From: an uncultured Spirochaetales bacterium
Lineage (GTDB): Bacteria; Spirochaetota; GWE2-31-10; JAFGQB01
Direction: 5' to 3'
Length of the DNA: 29,405 nt
NCBI GenBank assembly: GCA_964531405.1
Contig: CAZHHK010000028.1
Coordinates: 1 to 29,405, forward strand
Shown here: positions 17,968 through 27,045 of the stretch, piece after piece
Layout: each line of letters starts with the position of its first letter
Numbering within the stretch: the stretch's first letter is position 1
Program-made: the position numbers and the translations under genes
The notes under the pieces: model-generated
What the model saw: only the letters and a program-made list of their open reading frames with translations
The model's database searches: none
Told to the model about the DNA's origin: nothing

Positions 17968-18061
17968 ATTGAAAGACCTCCAATAATTTTATAAATGTTT
18001 TTGATTTTTTTTGCAAGAATATGTTCAAACAATTTTATACTTAACAGTATAGGGATAAAAT

Positions 18062-19837
18062 TTACAGCTCAGCCAATTCTCTATCGATTTCTTCTTTTAG
18101 AGCTTTCTGTATAAATTCGTATATTTTATTTTTTTCGTCATATTTCATTTTTTTATCAAACATTAATACATAAAAAATATTATCGTTTAATTCTCTTACG
18201 GTAGCAATAACCCCTGAGGTAAAACAAATCGCACTCCTCATATTTATCTGTATATAATCCAGTTGTGTATTTGCTTTTAAAAATGTCTCATCTTCTTTTT
18301 GAAAATAAAATGCCATTCCAACAGTACTTATATCTTTAACAATGCCTTTGTATAATTTATTGTTTATCTTAATATTGCAAAAAACATCTTTTTCACATTT
18401 TATGCGTATATATTTCCTTTTACCCTTGGCTTCAACAGCTTCCAGTGCTTTTAAAATTACATTGAGGCATTCCTCAAAACCTGTTTTTAATTTAATGAAA
18501 CCGCATGATACCATAAGCTGCATAATATACTTTTCAACTTTTTTATCATCAGTGTTATATGATAACACACCGATCCTGACATTTTTTAAAATCGGATCAA
18601 GCTGCATATTCCTTATATACTCTTGCCATTCTTCATCTTTTAAAACGGCGTCAATATTAATAAATAAAACGGAATTGGGATATTTTTTTAAAATATTTAA
18701 CATTTTTATATGATCATTTACAATATAAGCTTCGTATTCATTTTTAATTATTTCTTTTATCAAAAGATCCTGTATAATAGTCTGCGGATAAAGGAAATAT
18801 ACCTTACTTTCATAAGTTTCTTCGGTTAATATTTTCATTTTATCGGTATCGGTTTTTGATTTGATATCAATATATTTTTTTAAATCTATGCTGAGCTGTT
18901 TATTTACTTCTTTTTGAATTAATGAATTGAATATCATGTAGCCTCCGCTTTCGTTTTTTTGAGAATATAATCTTGCCATACGTGCATTTTTTATAATATT
19001 ATCAAAATCCTTAATTTCATCCGATAAAAAATAGATACCGATACTTGCGGAAATATTGAATTCTATTTCATCCGAAATAAACGGCTGTTTTACCAGCTCT
19101 AGCATTTTAATTGCATAAGAGTCTATGCTTTTTTCATATTTGTTCGTTTTTAATATTATGATGAATTCAAAATCAGTAATGTGATATAACGTTATATCAT
19201 TTGCAATAATTTTACTGATATTTGCCGCAATGCTTTTTTTTAAATTAACCATGCTCTTTTTGCTGAAAAATTTTGTTATCTCATCTGCTCCGTCTACTTC
19301 TAAATCAAAAAAATATAATACATCACCGGTTTTCAATTTATAATTTACTATATCTTTATTGAATGAATTAAGATTTGGTAAATTTGTATCAAGATCATTA
19401 TAAATGATTTTTTTATATTTATTCAATACGCTGTCAAATTTATTTTTATAGAATTCGTCAAGTTTGCCGGATTTTTCAAACCTCGACCGTATACTGCTTA
19501 TAAGTTCATTTGTATCAAACGGTTTCGTTATATAATCATCGGCGCCGATATTCATACCCTTTCGGATCTGTGACCGCTCAGTGTTGCTTGTCAGAAAGAT
19601 AAACGGCACACCAATTTTATCCTGGTGCTTCCTTAATTCTTCAAGAAATTCGTAACCATCTCTTTTTGGCATCTTTATATCACTGATAATAAGATCTATT
19701 TTATTATTAAGAGCTTTTTCAATGCCTTCATCTCCATCGGATGCTTCCAGAGTTTTAAGTCCAAGAAGGTTAAGAATCCTTACTATATTATTCCTTAACT
19801 CTTCTTCATCTTCGACAACAAGTATAGTTTTATTCAT
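18062..19837 (-). CDS. REC – degenerate GGDEF – linker – PilZ multidomain protein (putative phosphorylation-gated c-di-GMP receptor)
   Basis: The REC domain is ILVVEDEEELR...DLIISDIKMPKRDGYEF...IFLTSN...YITKPF. The GGDEF-fold region is LPNLNSF...VLYFFDLEV...ITLYHITDFEFIIIL...ISASIGIYF, with TDFEF in place of GG[DE]EF. The C-terminal PilZ motifs are RKYIR (RxxxR) and DISTVGMAF (DxSxxG). It lies 11 nt downstream of the 999-aa kinase. Confidence 0.7.
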   Translation of the reverse strand: MNKTILVVEDEEELRNNIVRILNLLGLKTLEASDGDEGIEKALNNKIDLIISDIKMPKRDGYEFLEELRKHQDKIGVPFIFLTSNTERSQIRKGMNIGADDYITKPFDTNELISSIRSRFEKSGKLDEFYKNKFDSVLNKYKKIIYNDLDTNLPNLNSFNKDIVNYKLKTGDVLYFFDLEVDGADEITKFFSKKSMVNLKKSIAANISKIIANDITLYHITDFEFIIILKTNKYEKSIDSYAIKMLELVKQPFISDEIEFNISASIGIYFLSDEIKDFDNIIKNARMARLYSQKNESGGYMIFNSLIQKEVNKQLSIDLKKYIDIKSKTDTDKMKILTEETYESKVYFLYPQTIIQDLLIKEIIKNEYEAYIVNDHIKMLNILKKYPNSVLFINIDAVLKDEEWQEYIRNMQLDPILKNVRIGVLSYNTDDKKVEKYIMQLMVSCGFIKLKTGFEECLNVILKALEAVEAKGKRKYIRIKCEKDVFCNIKINNKLYKGIVKDISTVGMAFYFQKEDETFLKANTQLDYIQINMRSAICFTSGVIATVRELNDNIFYVLMFDKKMKYDEKNKIYEFIQKALKEEIDRELAEL

Positions 19838-19848
19838 AAACTGACTCC

Positions 19849-22848
19849 TTAAATTTTATTCTTTAAAGACACATCATCTATAAATTTAAGCAAATTCTCT
19901 ATATCAAAAGGTTTCTGGATAACCCGGATAACCCTTTTTGATTGTTTATATATTTTATTAAATTCTTCGATATTTGCAGTAATAAATATTACATCAGTAT
20001 TTCTATTCTCATCATCAAGCAATTTTACGATGTCATTTCCATTCATACTTGACAGAAAAAAAATACTTATTATTAAATTATAATTATTGCTAAGATTTTT
20101 TATAAGAATATCACCCTCATAATAAACATCAACGGTTTCATAACCATTTAACACCAGTATATCATAAAGATTGTTTGCGATAAACTCCTCGTTGTCGAGT
20201 ATTGCTATTTTATACACTGGATTAAACGATCTTTGGCGCTTATTAGCATTCCTTTTGGATATTATTTTTTTATTACTGTTTACAATGACAACAGGTAATC
20301 TTATTATAAATGAAGCTCCTTTACCGCCGGTATCCCCGATCTTGATTGTACCGCCATGATTTTTAATTATACTTTGCGTTATTGATAGTCCAAGCCCTGT
20401 CCCTTTTATATCTAAATCATCCTTTGAATGAGCACCTTTTGTAGAAAAAAACGGCAGAAATATTTTATCTTTTATATCATCCTTTATGCCTGTACCTGTA
20501 TCAGAGAAAGTTATTTCAACAAAATCACCTGATTTTCTGATATATATTGAAATAGTACCATGACCGAATTCTTTCATCGCATGTCGTGCATTTATAGAAA
20601 GATTTAAGAAAACCTGCTGAATCTGACCTTTGTCGACAAGCAGATCAGGTACTTTTTTATAATATTTTTTAATTGTTATATTTTCCATTTCAAATTGAGT
20701 TTTCTGTAGTTTTATGACTTCATCGATTATTATGCTGATCTGGCAGTAATCCAGGCTGTTTTTGGACGGTTTTGAAATACTCATAAGATTAGATACGATA
20801 TCCGATGCCCTTTTTATACTATCATCGATTGTTTTGATGCCTTTCAATGTTTCCTCATCGAGATTTATTATATTCATTTGATTTTTAAGGTCAATTAATT
20901 GGACAGTTGATTTGATAATAGCCATAATATTATTAAATTCATGTGCTATTCCAGCCGCAAGCTGTCCAATGGCAGAGAGTTTCTCGGATTCAATCAATTG
21001 TTTTTTCATTCTTTCATTTTCAGAGATATCAAGCATAAAAGTAATAGTTCCAGAAATTTTGCCTTTTAAATTATTATAAACAGATTTATAAACAATGAAA
21101 TCTCTGGTAATTCCGTCTTTACATTTATATGACCTCTGGTATGTTTGTATTTTTGGATCATTTATTAGCCTGTCTTCATTTTCAAAATATTCATTTGACT
21201 CACAGTTATTTACAACTTTAGACATTTCATTGCCTACTATTTTTTCTATAGGCAAACCTGCAATTAAATCAGCAAACATATCGTTACATCCAATACAAAT
21301 CCCGTCATTATTTTTATAAAATAACGGTCCGGGTATAGTATTTAAAATTTTATAAAGCATTGCATAATTATTATATAGTTTTTCTATATCAATGATTCTG
21401 GAAAATCCATTACTTATTATATTTGAGATGATTTTATAATAATCGATATCAATCTCATCAAAGTCATTATTATTAATATTTTGCAATCCTATAAATCCGA
21501 TGACATTTTTTTCATAGAATATCGGATAATATATTTTATTTATATTGCCGTAATATAAATAACTGCTTTTGTAATTAGTAAGTATGCTAATAATTTCTAC
21601 GGTATCATCAAGCGCATCAATATTACTACACAGCATTTCGGGAAAAATATTTTCAATCTTTTTTAAATATATAATGATATAATTTAATTTAAAATTATCA
21701 AGAATGATTTTTATAATATTTTCCGCCAGTATATTGCAATCTTCATAAGTATAAAAAACATATGATATTTTATTAATTAAATTTTCATATTTAATTTTCT
21801 TTTTTATAATTTTTTCTTTATTTTTTTCTTCTGTTAAATCAGTAACACTGCATAATAAATATTTTTTGTCATTTATCATAAAATTATTAATTGATATAAA
21901 AACCGGTATTTCCAGATCGCTACTATCCTTTATAATGCTTTCCGTTTTAAATATATTTAGATTATCCTCAAAATTAATAGGGATGTAACTATTGATGCTC
22001 TTTGACAATACTGATTCTCTTTTGGATTTTAATAATTTTTCCATATAAGGATTAATCTCAAGAATTTGCATGGTTTTAGTATCAACCAAAATTATACCCG
22101 TGTTTATTAAACTAATTACGTTTTTTAATAATTTTTCATTATCAACAACAGCCATCTCATATTTCTTTTTATCAGTAATATCCTTGAAAACAATCATGAT
22201 GCAGTTTTTTTCATCCCATGTTATCTCACTGCTTACCACCTCATAAAATCTATCCTTGATACTGCATTCAATTATTTCATTCAGCGAATAGTTATATATG
22301 TATTTGCTTCCGATCAAATCCATATTCTTAACAAAAAAAAACGCTTTGGCATATGTATTGGCATATTTAATGATCTGATTTAGATCAATAATCAAAATAA
22401 GATCTTTTATGGTTTCAAAGATATTATTCAAATTTGAATAGCTTTTATTAATCCTGTCTCTAAAATTATTGCGTTCGATACTATAACTAATAGTTTTTTT
22501 AAGAATACATTCATTGAGATCATTTTTTAATATAAAATCATCAGCTCCATATTTAATTAAATTTATCCTTGTATCATTATCATCTTTGTTTAATAAAACA
22601 ATAATTGGAGTAAATCTGGCATAGGAATAAATATTGATAAGTGTTTCGATACCTGAATGATCAATTATATCAATATCCAATAAAATAGAATAATACTTTA
22701 TGTTTTTCATCATCTCCGCAGATTTGTCATAATCAGTAAAATTTACGTTATAATCATATCCTTTTAAAATATCTGCTATTAAATCATTTAGATTAACATC
22801 ATACGAAACGACGAGTATGTTTTTAAGCATAATATTAATTATACTCAA
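19849..22848 (-). CDS. Large hybrid sensor histidine kinase (N-terminal REC-like, multiple PAS/GAF-like modules, HisKA, HATPase_c, C-terminal receiver-like domain)
   Basis: The H-box is LAAGIAHEFNNIMAII, the N-box QVFLNLSINARHAM, G1 FSDTGTGI and G2 GTGLGLSITQSII. The N-terminal NILVVSYD...SILLDIDIIDHSG...GADDFILK is receiver-like. The C-terminal YKIAILDNEE...NLIISIFFLSSMNG...VIFITAN...IQKPF is receiver-like but seems to lack the acceptor Asp. Confidence 0.8.
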   Translation of the reverse strand: MSIINIMLKNILVVSYDVNLNDLIADILKGYDYNVNFTDYDKSAEMMKNIKYYSILLDIDIIDHSGIETLINIYSYARFTPIIVLLNKDDNDTRINLIKYGADDFILKNDLNECILKKTISYSIERNNFRDRINKSYSNLNNIFETIKDLILIIDLNQIIKYANTYAKAFFFVKNMDLIGSKYIYNYSLNEIIECSIKDRFYEVVSSEITWDEKNCIMIVFKDITDKKKYEMAVVDNEKLLKNVISLINTGIILVDTKTMQILEINPYMEKLLKSKRESVLSKSINSYIPINFEDNLNIFKTESIIKDSSDLEIPVFISINNFMINDKKYLLCSVTDLTEEKNKEKIIKKKIKYENLINKISYVFYTYEDCNILAENIIKIILDNFKLNYIIIYLKKIENIFPEMLCSNIDALDDTVEIISILTNYKSSYLYYGNINKIYYPIFYEKNVIGFIGLQNINNNDFDEIDIDYYKIISNIISNGFSRIIDIEKLYNNYAMLYKILNTIPGPLFYKNNDGICIGCNDMFADLIAGLPIEKIVGNEMSKVVNNCESNEYFENEDRLINDPKIQTYQRSYKCKDGITRDFIVYKSVYNNLKGKISGTITFMLDISENERMKKQLIESEKLSAIGQLAAGIAHEFNNIMAIIKSTVQLIDLKNQMNIINLDEETLKGIKTIDDSIKRASDIVSNLMSISKPSKNSLDYCQISIIIDEVIKLQKTQFEMENITIKKYYKKVPDLLVDKGQIQQVFLNLSINARHAMKEFGHGTISIYIRKSGDFVEITFSDTGTGIKDDIKDKIFLPFFSTKGAHSKDDLDIKGTGLGLSITQSIIKNHGGTIKIGDTGGKGASFIIRLPVVIVNSNKKIISKRNANKRQRSFNPVYKIAILDNEEFIANNLYDILVLNGYETVDVYYEGDILIKNLSNNYNLIISIFFLSSMNGNDIVKLLDDENRNTDVIFITANIEEFNKIYKQSKRVIRVIQKPFDIENLLKFIDDVSLKNKI

Positions 22849-22905
22849 ACTTTTATATTAATCAAATAAAAAAAAATTAATTAATATTTTGATATAAAAT
22901 CATAT

Positions 22906-22936
22906 TTGACATTTATTATTAACTTTGTTATATAAT
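22906..22936 (+). promoter_or_regulatory. Candidate sigma70 promoter for the P-type ATPase leader (-35 TTGACA 22906-22911; -10 TATATAAT 22929-22936)
   Basis: The -35 is a perfect TTGACA. There is either a TATATA -10 at 17-bp spacing or a TATAAT at 19 bp. It sits about 220 nt upstream of the ATPase ATG. Confidence 0.45.
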
Positions 22937-22943
22937 AAAATGA

Positions 22944-23020
22944 AGCAAGGAAGATCAGGTTTTCATGCCGGGCTCTTTTTGGGAGCAGTAGTGTAAAAGC
23001 TACAGGACTTCCTTTTTTAA
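22944..23020 (+). promoter_or_regulatory. Structured 5' leader element: long-range stem AAGGAAG(22947-53)/CTTCCTT(23008-14) enclosing two small hairpins, immediately followed by a T6 run (attenuator/riboswitch-like)
   Basis: I folded it by hand. The outer 7-bp stem is followed by TTTTTT at 23013-23018. Inner hairpins are GCTC-tttttgg-GAGC (22972-22986) and GTAG-tgtaaaag-CTAC (22988-23003). I could not recognise any known riboswitch consensus. Confidence 0.3.
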
Positions 23021-23058
23021 TAATTTGGCTTAAATAAACAAATTAAAAGAAAAGGGGC

Positions 23059-23121
23059 ATGAAAATTAGTGTGTTTATTATTTTCTTATCCTATTTTCTA
23101 TTCGTCAGAGTTTTAAATTAA
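23059..23121 (+). CDS. Hypothetical 20-aa hydrophobic micropeptide MKISVFIIFLSYFLFVRVLN upstream of the P-type ATPase (below the ORF-track length cutoff)
   Basis: An ATG at 23059 is preceded by a G-rich Shine-Dalgarno-like AAAAGGGG at 23050-23057, and a TAA stop falls at 23119-23121. The 14-residue hydrophobic core is flanked by K and R. It ends 38 nt before the ATPase start. Confidence 0.3.
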   Translation: MKISVFIIFLSYFLFVRVLN

Positions 23122-23159
23122 GCTTATAATTATTATCAAGTTATTTTTACGAGGATATT

Positions 23160-25736
23160 ATGATAAAATCTTTTGATGAAATTAAATTAATTAAAGGACT
23201 ATCAAAATTTGAAGTTGAGGAGAAATTAAAAAAATATGGTTATAATGAATTACCTGCGGCTAAGAGAAGAAACATTTTTAAAATTGTATTTGAAGTATTT
23301 AAAGAGCCAATGTTCATTCTGCTCGTATCATGCGGAGTTTTATATTTAATACTCGGTGATATTCAGGAAGCCTTGATGCTTTTATGTTTTGTTTTTTTGA
23401 TTATGGGAATAACAATTTATCAGGAGAATAAAACCGAAAAAGCACTTCAATCCCTGAAGGATTTAACATCTCCCAGAGCCCTTGTTATAAGAGACGGAGA
23501 ACAAACAAGGATACCCGGAAGAGAAGTTGTAAAGGATGATATAGTAATTATTAAAGAGGGCGACAGGGTACCTGCGGATTCTATACTTATGTGGTGCCTT
23601 AATCTTTCGGTTGACGAGTCGTTATTGACCGGAGAATCAGTGCCTGTAAGAAAAAATCAATGTGATGATTTTGATAAGGCAAAATTTGAAAGACCCGGCG
23701 GAGGCGATGGACTACCTTTTATATATTCTGGAAGTCTTGTGGTACAGGGGCAGGGTGTTGCTAAAGTAGTATCTACTGGTATTGATACAGAGATAGGGAA
23801 AATTGGCAAATCTTTAGGTACTATTGAAGAAGAAAAAACTACTTTACAGAAGGAAACAGGTAATCTTGTTAAATTGATATTCATAGTTGCAATAGCATTA
23901 TGCTCCAGCGTTATATTGATTTATGGATTTTTAAAATCTAATTGGTTAGAAGGGTTTTTATCAGGTATTACTTTGGCAATGGCAATGCTTCCTGAAGAGT
24001 TTCCAGTTGTACTTACTATATTTCTAGCGCTTGGAGCATGGAGATTGTCCAGTAAAAAAGTACTGACAAGAAGGATATCCACGGTTGAAACTTTGGGAGC
24101 TGCTACTGTTTTATGCGTTGATAAAACGGGAACTCTAACAGAAAATAAAATGAGCATAAGGAAAATATTTTGTAATGATAAATTTTTTGATGTTTCAAAA
24201 AAGCAGAAAACAAATCTGCCTGAAGATTTTCATGAGCTGGTTGAATACGGTATACTTGCAAGCAAAAAGGATCCCTTTGATCCAATGGAAAAAGCATTAA
24301 AAGAGCTTGGATACAGCACGTTGTACGAAACTGAGCATCTCCATGATGACTGGCCTTTGATCGAAGAATACCCTCTGTCAAATGAACTTCTTGCCTTGTC
24401 CCATGTCTGGAAATGTGAAGACGAAGATCACTATATTGTATCGGCAAAAGGGGCGCCCGAAGCTATAATGGATTTATGCCATTTAGATAAAAAAGAGATT
24501 GATAAAATTAATTTTAATATTGAGATAATGGCAAAAGAAGGCTTAAGGGTACTTGGTGTTGCAAAGGCAAGTTTTACCAGGAGACTTAAACTTCCACCGA
24601 AGCAGCATGATTTTAATTTTGAATTTATTGGTTTAATCGGACTTGCCGATCCTGTGAGAGAATCTGTGCCTCTGGCTGTGAAGGAATGCTATAATGCTGG
24701 AATAAGAGTCGTGATGATTACAGGTGATAATCCTCATACAGCAAAAAACATAGCAGAGGAGATTGGATTAAAAAATTTTAATATGGTTATTACGGGGACA
24801 GAGCTTGAAAAAATGAGTACAAATGAGCTTAAAGAAAAAATCCGTGAAGTCAATATATTTGCCAGGATAATCCCTGAACAAAAACTTAAAATCGTCAATG
24901 CATTAAAGGATAATGGTGATGTTGTTGCAATGACCGGTGACGGGGTAAATGATGCACCTGCCCTAAAATCAGCACATATTGGTGTTGCAATGGGCGAAAG
25001 AGGTACTGACGTTGCAAGGGAATCATCAGGGATTGTACTTATGAATGATGATTTTTCTTCAATCGTTGCTGCTGTCAGGATGGGGAGGCGTATTTTTGAT
25101 AATCTAAAAAAAGCGATGGCTTATATAATAAGTGTTCATGTGCCTATTGCAGGGATATCATTGCTTCCTGTAATATTAAATTTGCCAGTCATTTTATATC
25201 CGGTGCATATCGTATTCCTTGAGTTGCTTATCGACCCTGCGTGTTCTGTTGTTTTTGAAGCAGAAAGGGAAGAGGATAATATCATGGAGAGACCTCCTCG
25301 CGACCCAAAAGCGAGACTGTTTAGTTATAAGCTTTTATTTTTAAGCTTTTTACAGGGATTATTTTCACTTGTAATGGTATTTGGTGTTTATAAGATATCG
25401 TTGATGCTGGGGCAGGACGAAGTAAATGCAAGAACAATGAGTTTTACGACATTGATTGTTTCTAATCTGTCACTGATACTTACCAATAGATTTTGGAGTA
25501 AATCTATATTAAGTTCATTTAGGGTTAATAATCCGGCTTTGATATGGGTACTCTTAGGTGGAATTACATTTTTAGGTATGGTTATATATATACCATTTTT
25601 GCAGGGCTTATTCCACTTTACATTTTTGCATTTAATAGATATAATAGCGTCCGTCTCAGCTGGTATTATCAGTATTGTATGGTTTGAATTGATAAAAATA
25701 GTATTTAAAAAATTGAAACTGGAGATTTTTAATTAA
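23160..25736 (+). CDS. Cation-transporting P-type ATPase, type IIA (Ca2+-ATPase/SERCA-like, E1-E2 family)
   Basis: The phosphorylation motif is CVDKTGTLTENKM. Other hallmarks are the TGES actuator motif LTGESVPV, the TM4 motif LPEEFPVVLTIFLALG, MITGDNPHTA, and the hinge MTGDGVNDAPALKSAHIGVAMG. It has about 10 TM segments, is 858 aa long, and has a GAGGA Shine-Dalgarno. Confidence 0.9.
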   Translation: MIKSFDEIKLIKGLSKFEVEEKLKKYGYNELPAAKRRNIFKIVFEVFKEPMFILLVSCGVLYLILGDIQEALMLLCFVFLIMGITIYQENKTEKALQSLKDLTSPRALVIRDGEQTRIPGREVVKDDIVIIKEGDRVPADSILMWCLNLSVDESLLTGESVPVRKNQCDDFDKAKFERPGGGDGLPFIYSGSLVVQGQGVAKVVSTGIDTEIGKIGKSLGTIEEEKTTLQKETGNLVKLIFIVAIALCSSVILIYGFLKSNWLEGFLSGITLAMAMLPEEFPVVLTIFLALGAWRLSSKKVLTRRISTVETLGAATVLCVDKTGTLTENKMSIRKIFCNDKFFDVSKKQKTNLPEDFHELVEYGILASKKDPFDPMEKALKELGYSTLYETEHLHDDWPLIEEYPLSNELLALSHVWKCEDEDHYIVSAKGAPEAIMDLCHLDKKEIDKINFNIEIMAKEGLRVLGVAKASFTRRLKLPPKQHDFNFEFIGLIGLADPVRESVPLAVKECYNAGIRVVMITGDNPHTAKNIAEEIGLKNFNMVITGTELEKMSTNELKEKIREVNIFARIIPEQKLKIVNALKDNGDVVAMTGDGVNDAPALKSAHIGVAMGERGTDVARESSGIVLMNDDFSSIVAAVRMGRRIFDNLKKAMAYIISVHVPIAGISLLPVILNLPVILYPVHIVFLELLIDPACSVVFEAEREEDNIMERPPRDPKARLFSYKLLFLSFLQGLFSLVMVFGVYKISLMLGQDEVNARTMSFTTLIVSNLSLILTNRFWSKSILSSFRVNNPALIWVLLGGITFLGMVIYIPFLQGLFHFTFLHLIDIIASVSAGIISIVWFELIKIVFKKLKLEIFN

Positions 25737-26912
25737 ATGGACAGATATAAACAACGGGGTGTGAGCGCAAAAAAAGAAGATGTTCACAATGCGCTTGAAG
25801 ATAAAATTGATAAAGGTATTTTTCCTGATGCGTTCTGCAAAATAGTCGAAGATCATATCGGCGGAGATAAGGATTACTGTAATATCATGCATGCCGATGG
25901 TGCAGGTACGAAATCTTCACTCGCATATCTTTACTATAAAGAAACAGGCGATATTTCAATTTTTAAAGGGATTGTAATGGATTCTGTTGCAATGAATATA
26001 GATGATTTGCTGTGTGTTGGTGCAACGGATAATTTTTTATTATCTAATACAATCGGACGTAATCCTAAATTTATCGATGGCCAGATAATAAAGATTTTAA
26101 TTCATGAATTTCAGAGGATCGCACAGTGGTATAATGACATGGGGATTTCAATGGTTTTAACTGGAGGGGAGACGGCAGATGTAGGCGATCTGGTAAGGAC
26201 TCTCATAGTTGATTCGACTGTTGTGGCACGACTTAAAAAAGACAGGGTTATAGCAAATGACAGGATTAAACCCGGTATGGTTATAATTGGGTTTGCATCA
26301 TACGGAAAATCAAATTATGAGACAGAATATAACAGTGGCATTGGATCTAACGGATTGACTTCCGCAAGGCATGATGTGTTTATGAAGGATTATGCGGATA
26401 AATATCCTGAAACTTACAACCCAGATATAGATAGGTCATTGATTTATTCTGGGAAATATAAAGTAACCGACATGCATCCCGATCTTCCATATAACATCGG
26501 TAAAGCTGTTTTATCTCCAACAAGGACCTATGCTCCTCTGGTAAAAACAATTTTAAAAGAATTAAAAGATAATATCGGCGGTATGATCCATTGTACTGGA
26601 GGCGGTCAGACAAAATGTTTAAGATTCGGCAGAGGTGTGCATTACTATAAGAATGATATGATGGATATTCCTCCAATATTTAAAATCATAAAAGAAGAAT
26701 CCGGGACTGAATACCGCCAGATGTATCAGGTTTTCAATATGGGTCACAGGCTAGAAATTATTACAGAAAATAAATATGCTTCCTTAATTATGGATATTTC
26801 TAAAGACTTTAATATTCAATCTAAAATAATCGGTGAAGTAAAAGATAGCAAGGATGGCAAGAATCATCTGACGATTAAATCACCTAATGAAGAGATTGAG
26901 TATAATATTTAG
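25737..26912 (+). CDS. purM: Phosphoribosylformylglycinamidine cyclo-ligase (AIR synthetase), long form
   Basis: It aligns by eye along its whole length with E. coli PurM: YKQRGVS/YKDAGVD, ADGAGTKS/TDGVGTKL, VLTGGETAD/LVGGETAE, LSPTRTYAP/LAPTRIYVK, HCTGGG/HLTGGG and MYQVFNMG/MYRTFNCG. Its start codon directly abuts the ATPase stop (TAAATG). Confidence 0.7.
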   Translation: MDRYKQRGVSAKKEDVHNALEDKIDKGIFPDAFCKIVEDHIGGDKDYCNIMHADGAGTKSSLAYLYYKETGDISIFKGIVMDSVAMNIDDLLCVGATDNFLLSNTIGRNPKFIDGQIIKILIHEFQRIAQWYNDMGISMVLTGGETADVGDLVRTLIVDSTVVARLKKDRVIANDRIKPGMVIIGFASYGKSNYETEYNSGIGSNGLTSARHDVFMKDYADKYPETYNPDIDRSLIYSGKYKVTDMHPDLPYNIGKAVLSPTRTYAPLVKTILKELKDNIGGMIHCTGGGQTKCLRFGRGVHYYKNDMMDIPPIFKIIKEESGTEYRQMYQVFNMGHRLEIITENKYASLIMDISKDFNIQSKIIGEVKDSKDGKNHLTIKSPNEEIEYNI

Positions 26913-27018
26913 GGCGAATTTCGAATACCAAAACAGAAGGAAATTAATCACAGAGAACGCAAAATAATTAAAATGTATAAAAATTATATTAAATTTATTC
27001 TTAATATCTTTAATAATA

Positions 27019-27045
27019 TTTGTAAAGCTTTTTACAAATATGTAA
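27019..27045. promoter_or_regulatory. Overlapping palindromes TTTGTAAA-GCTT-TTTACAAA and TTACA-AATA-TGTAA upstream of hppA (candidate operator)
   Basis: Perfect 8-bp inverted-repeat arms at 27019-27026 and 27031-27038 overlap a second 5-bp inverted repeat at 27032-27045. They sit about 125 bp upstream of the hppA start. Confidence 0.25.

Noticed and set aside
22944-23058. Assignment of the ATPase leader to a known riboswitch class (M-box or yybP-ykoY)
   Set aside because: GGGAGCAGUAG loosely resembles the yybP-ykoY GGGGAGUAG block, but I could not reconstruct the rest of either consensus from memory, so I report it only as an unclassified structured leader.
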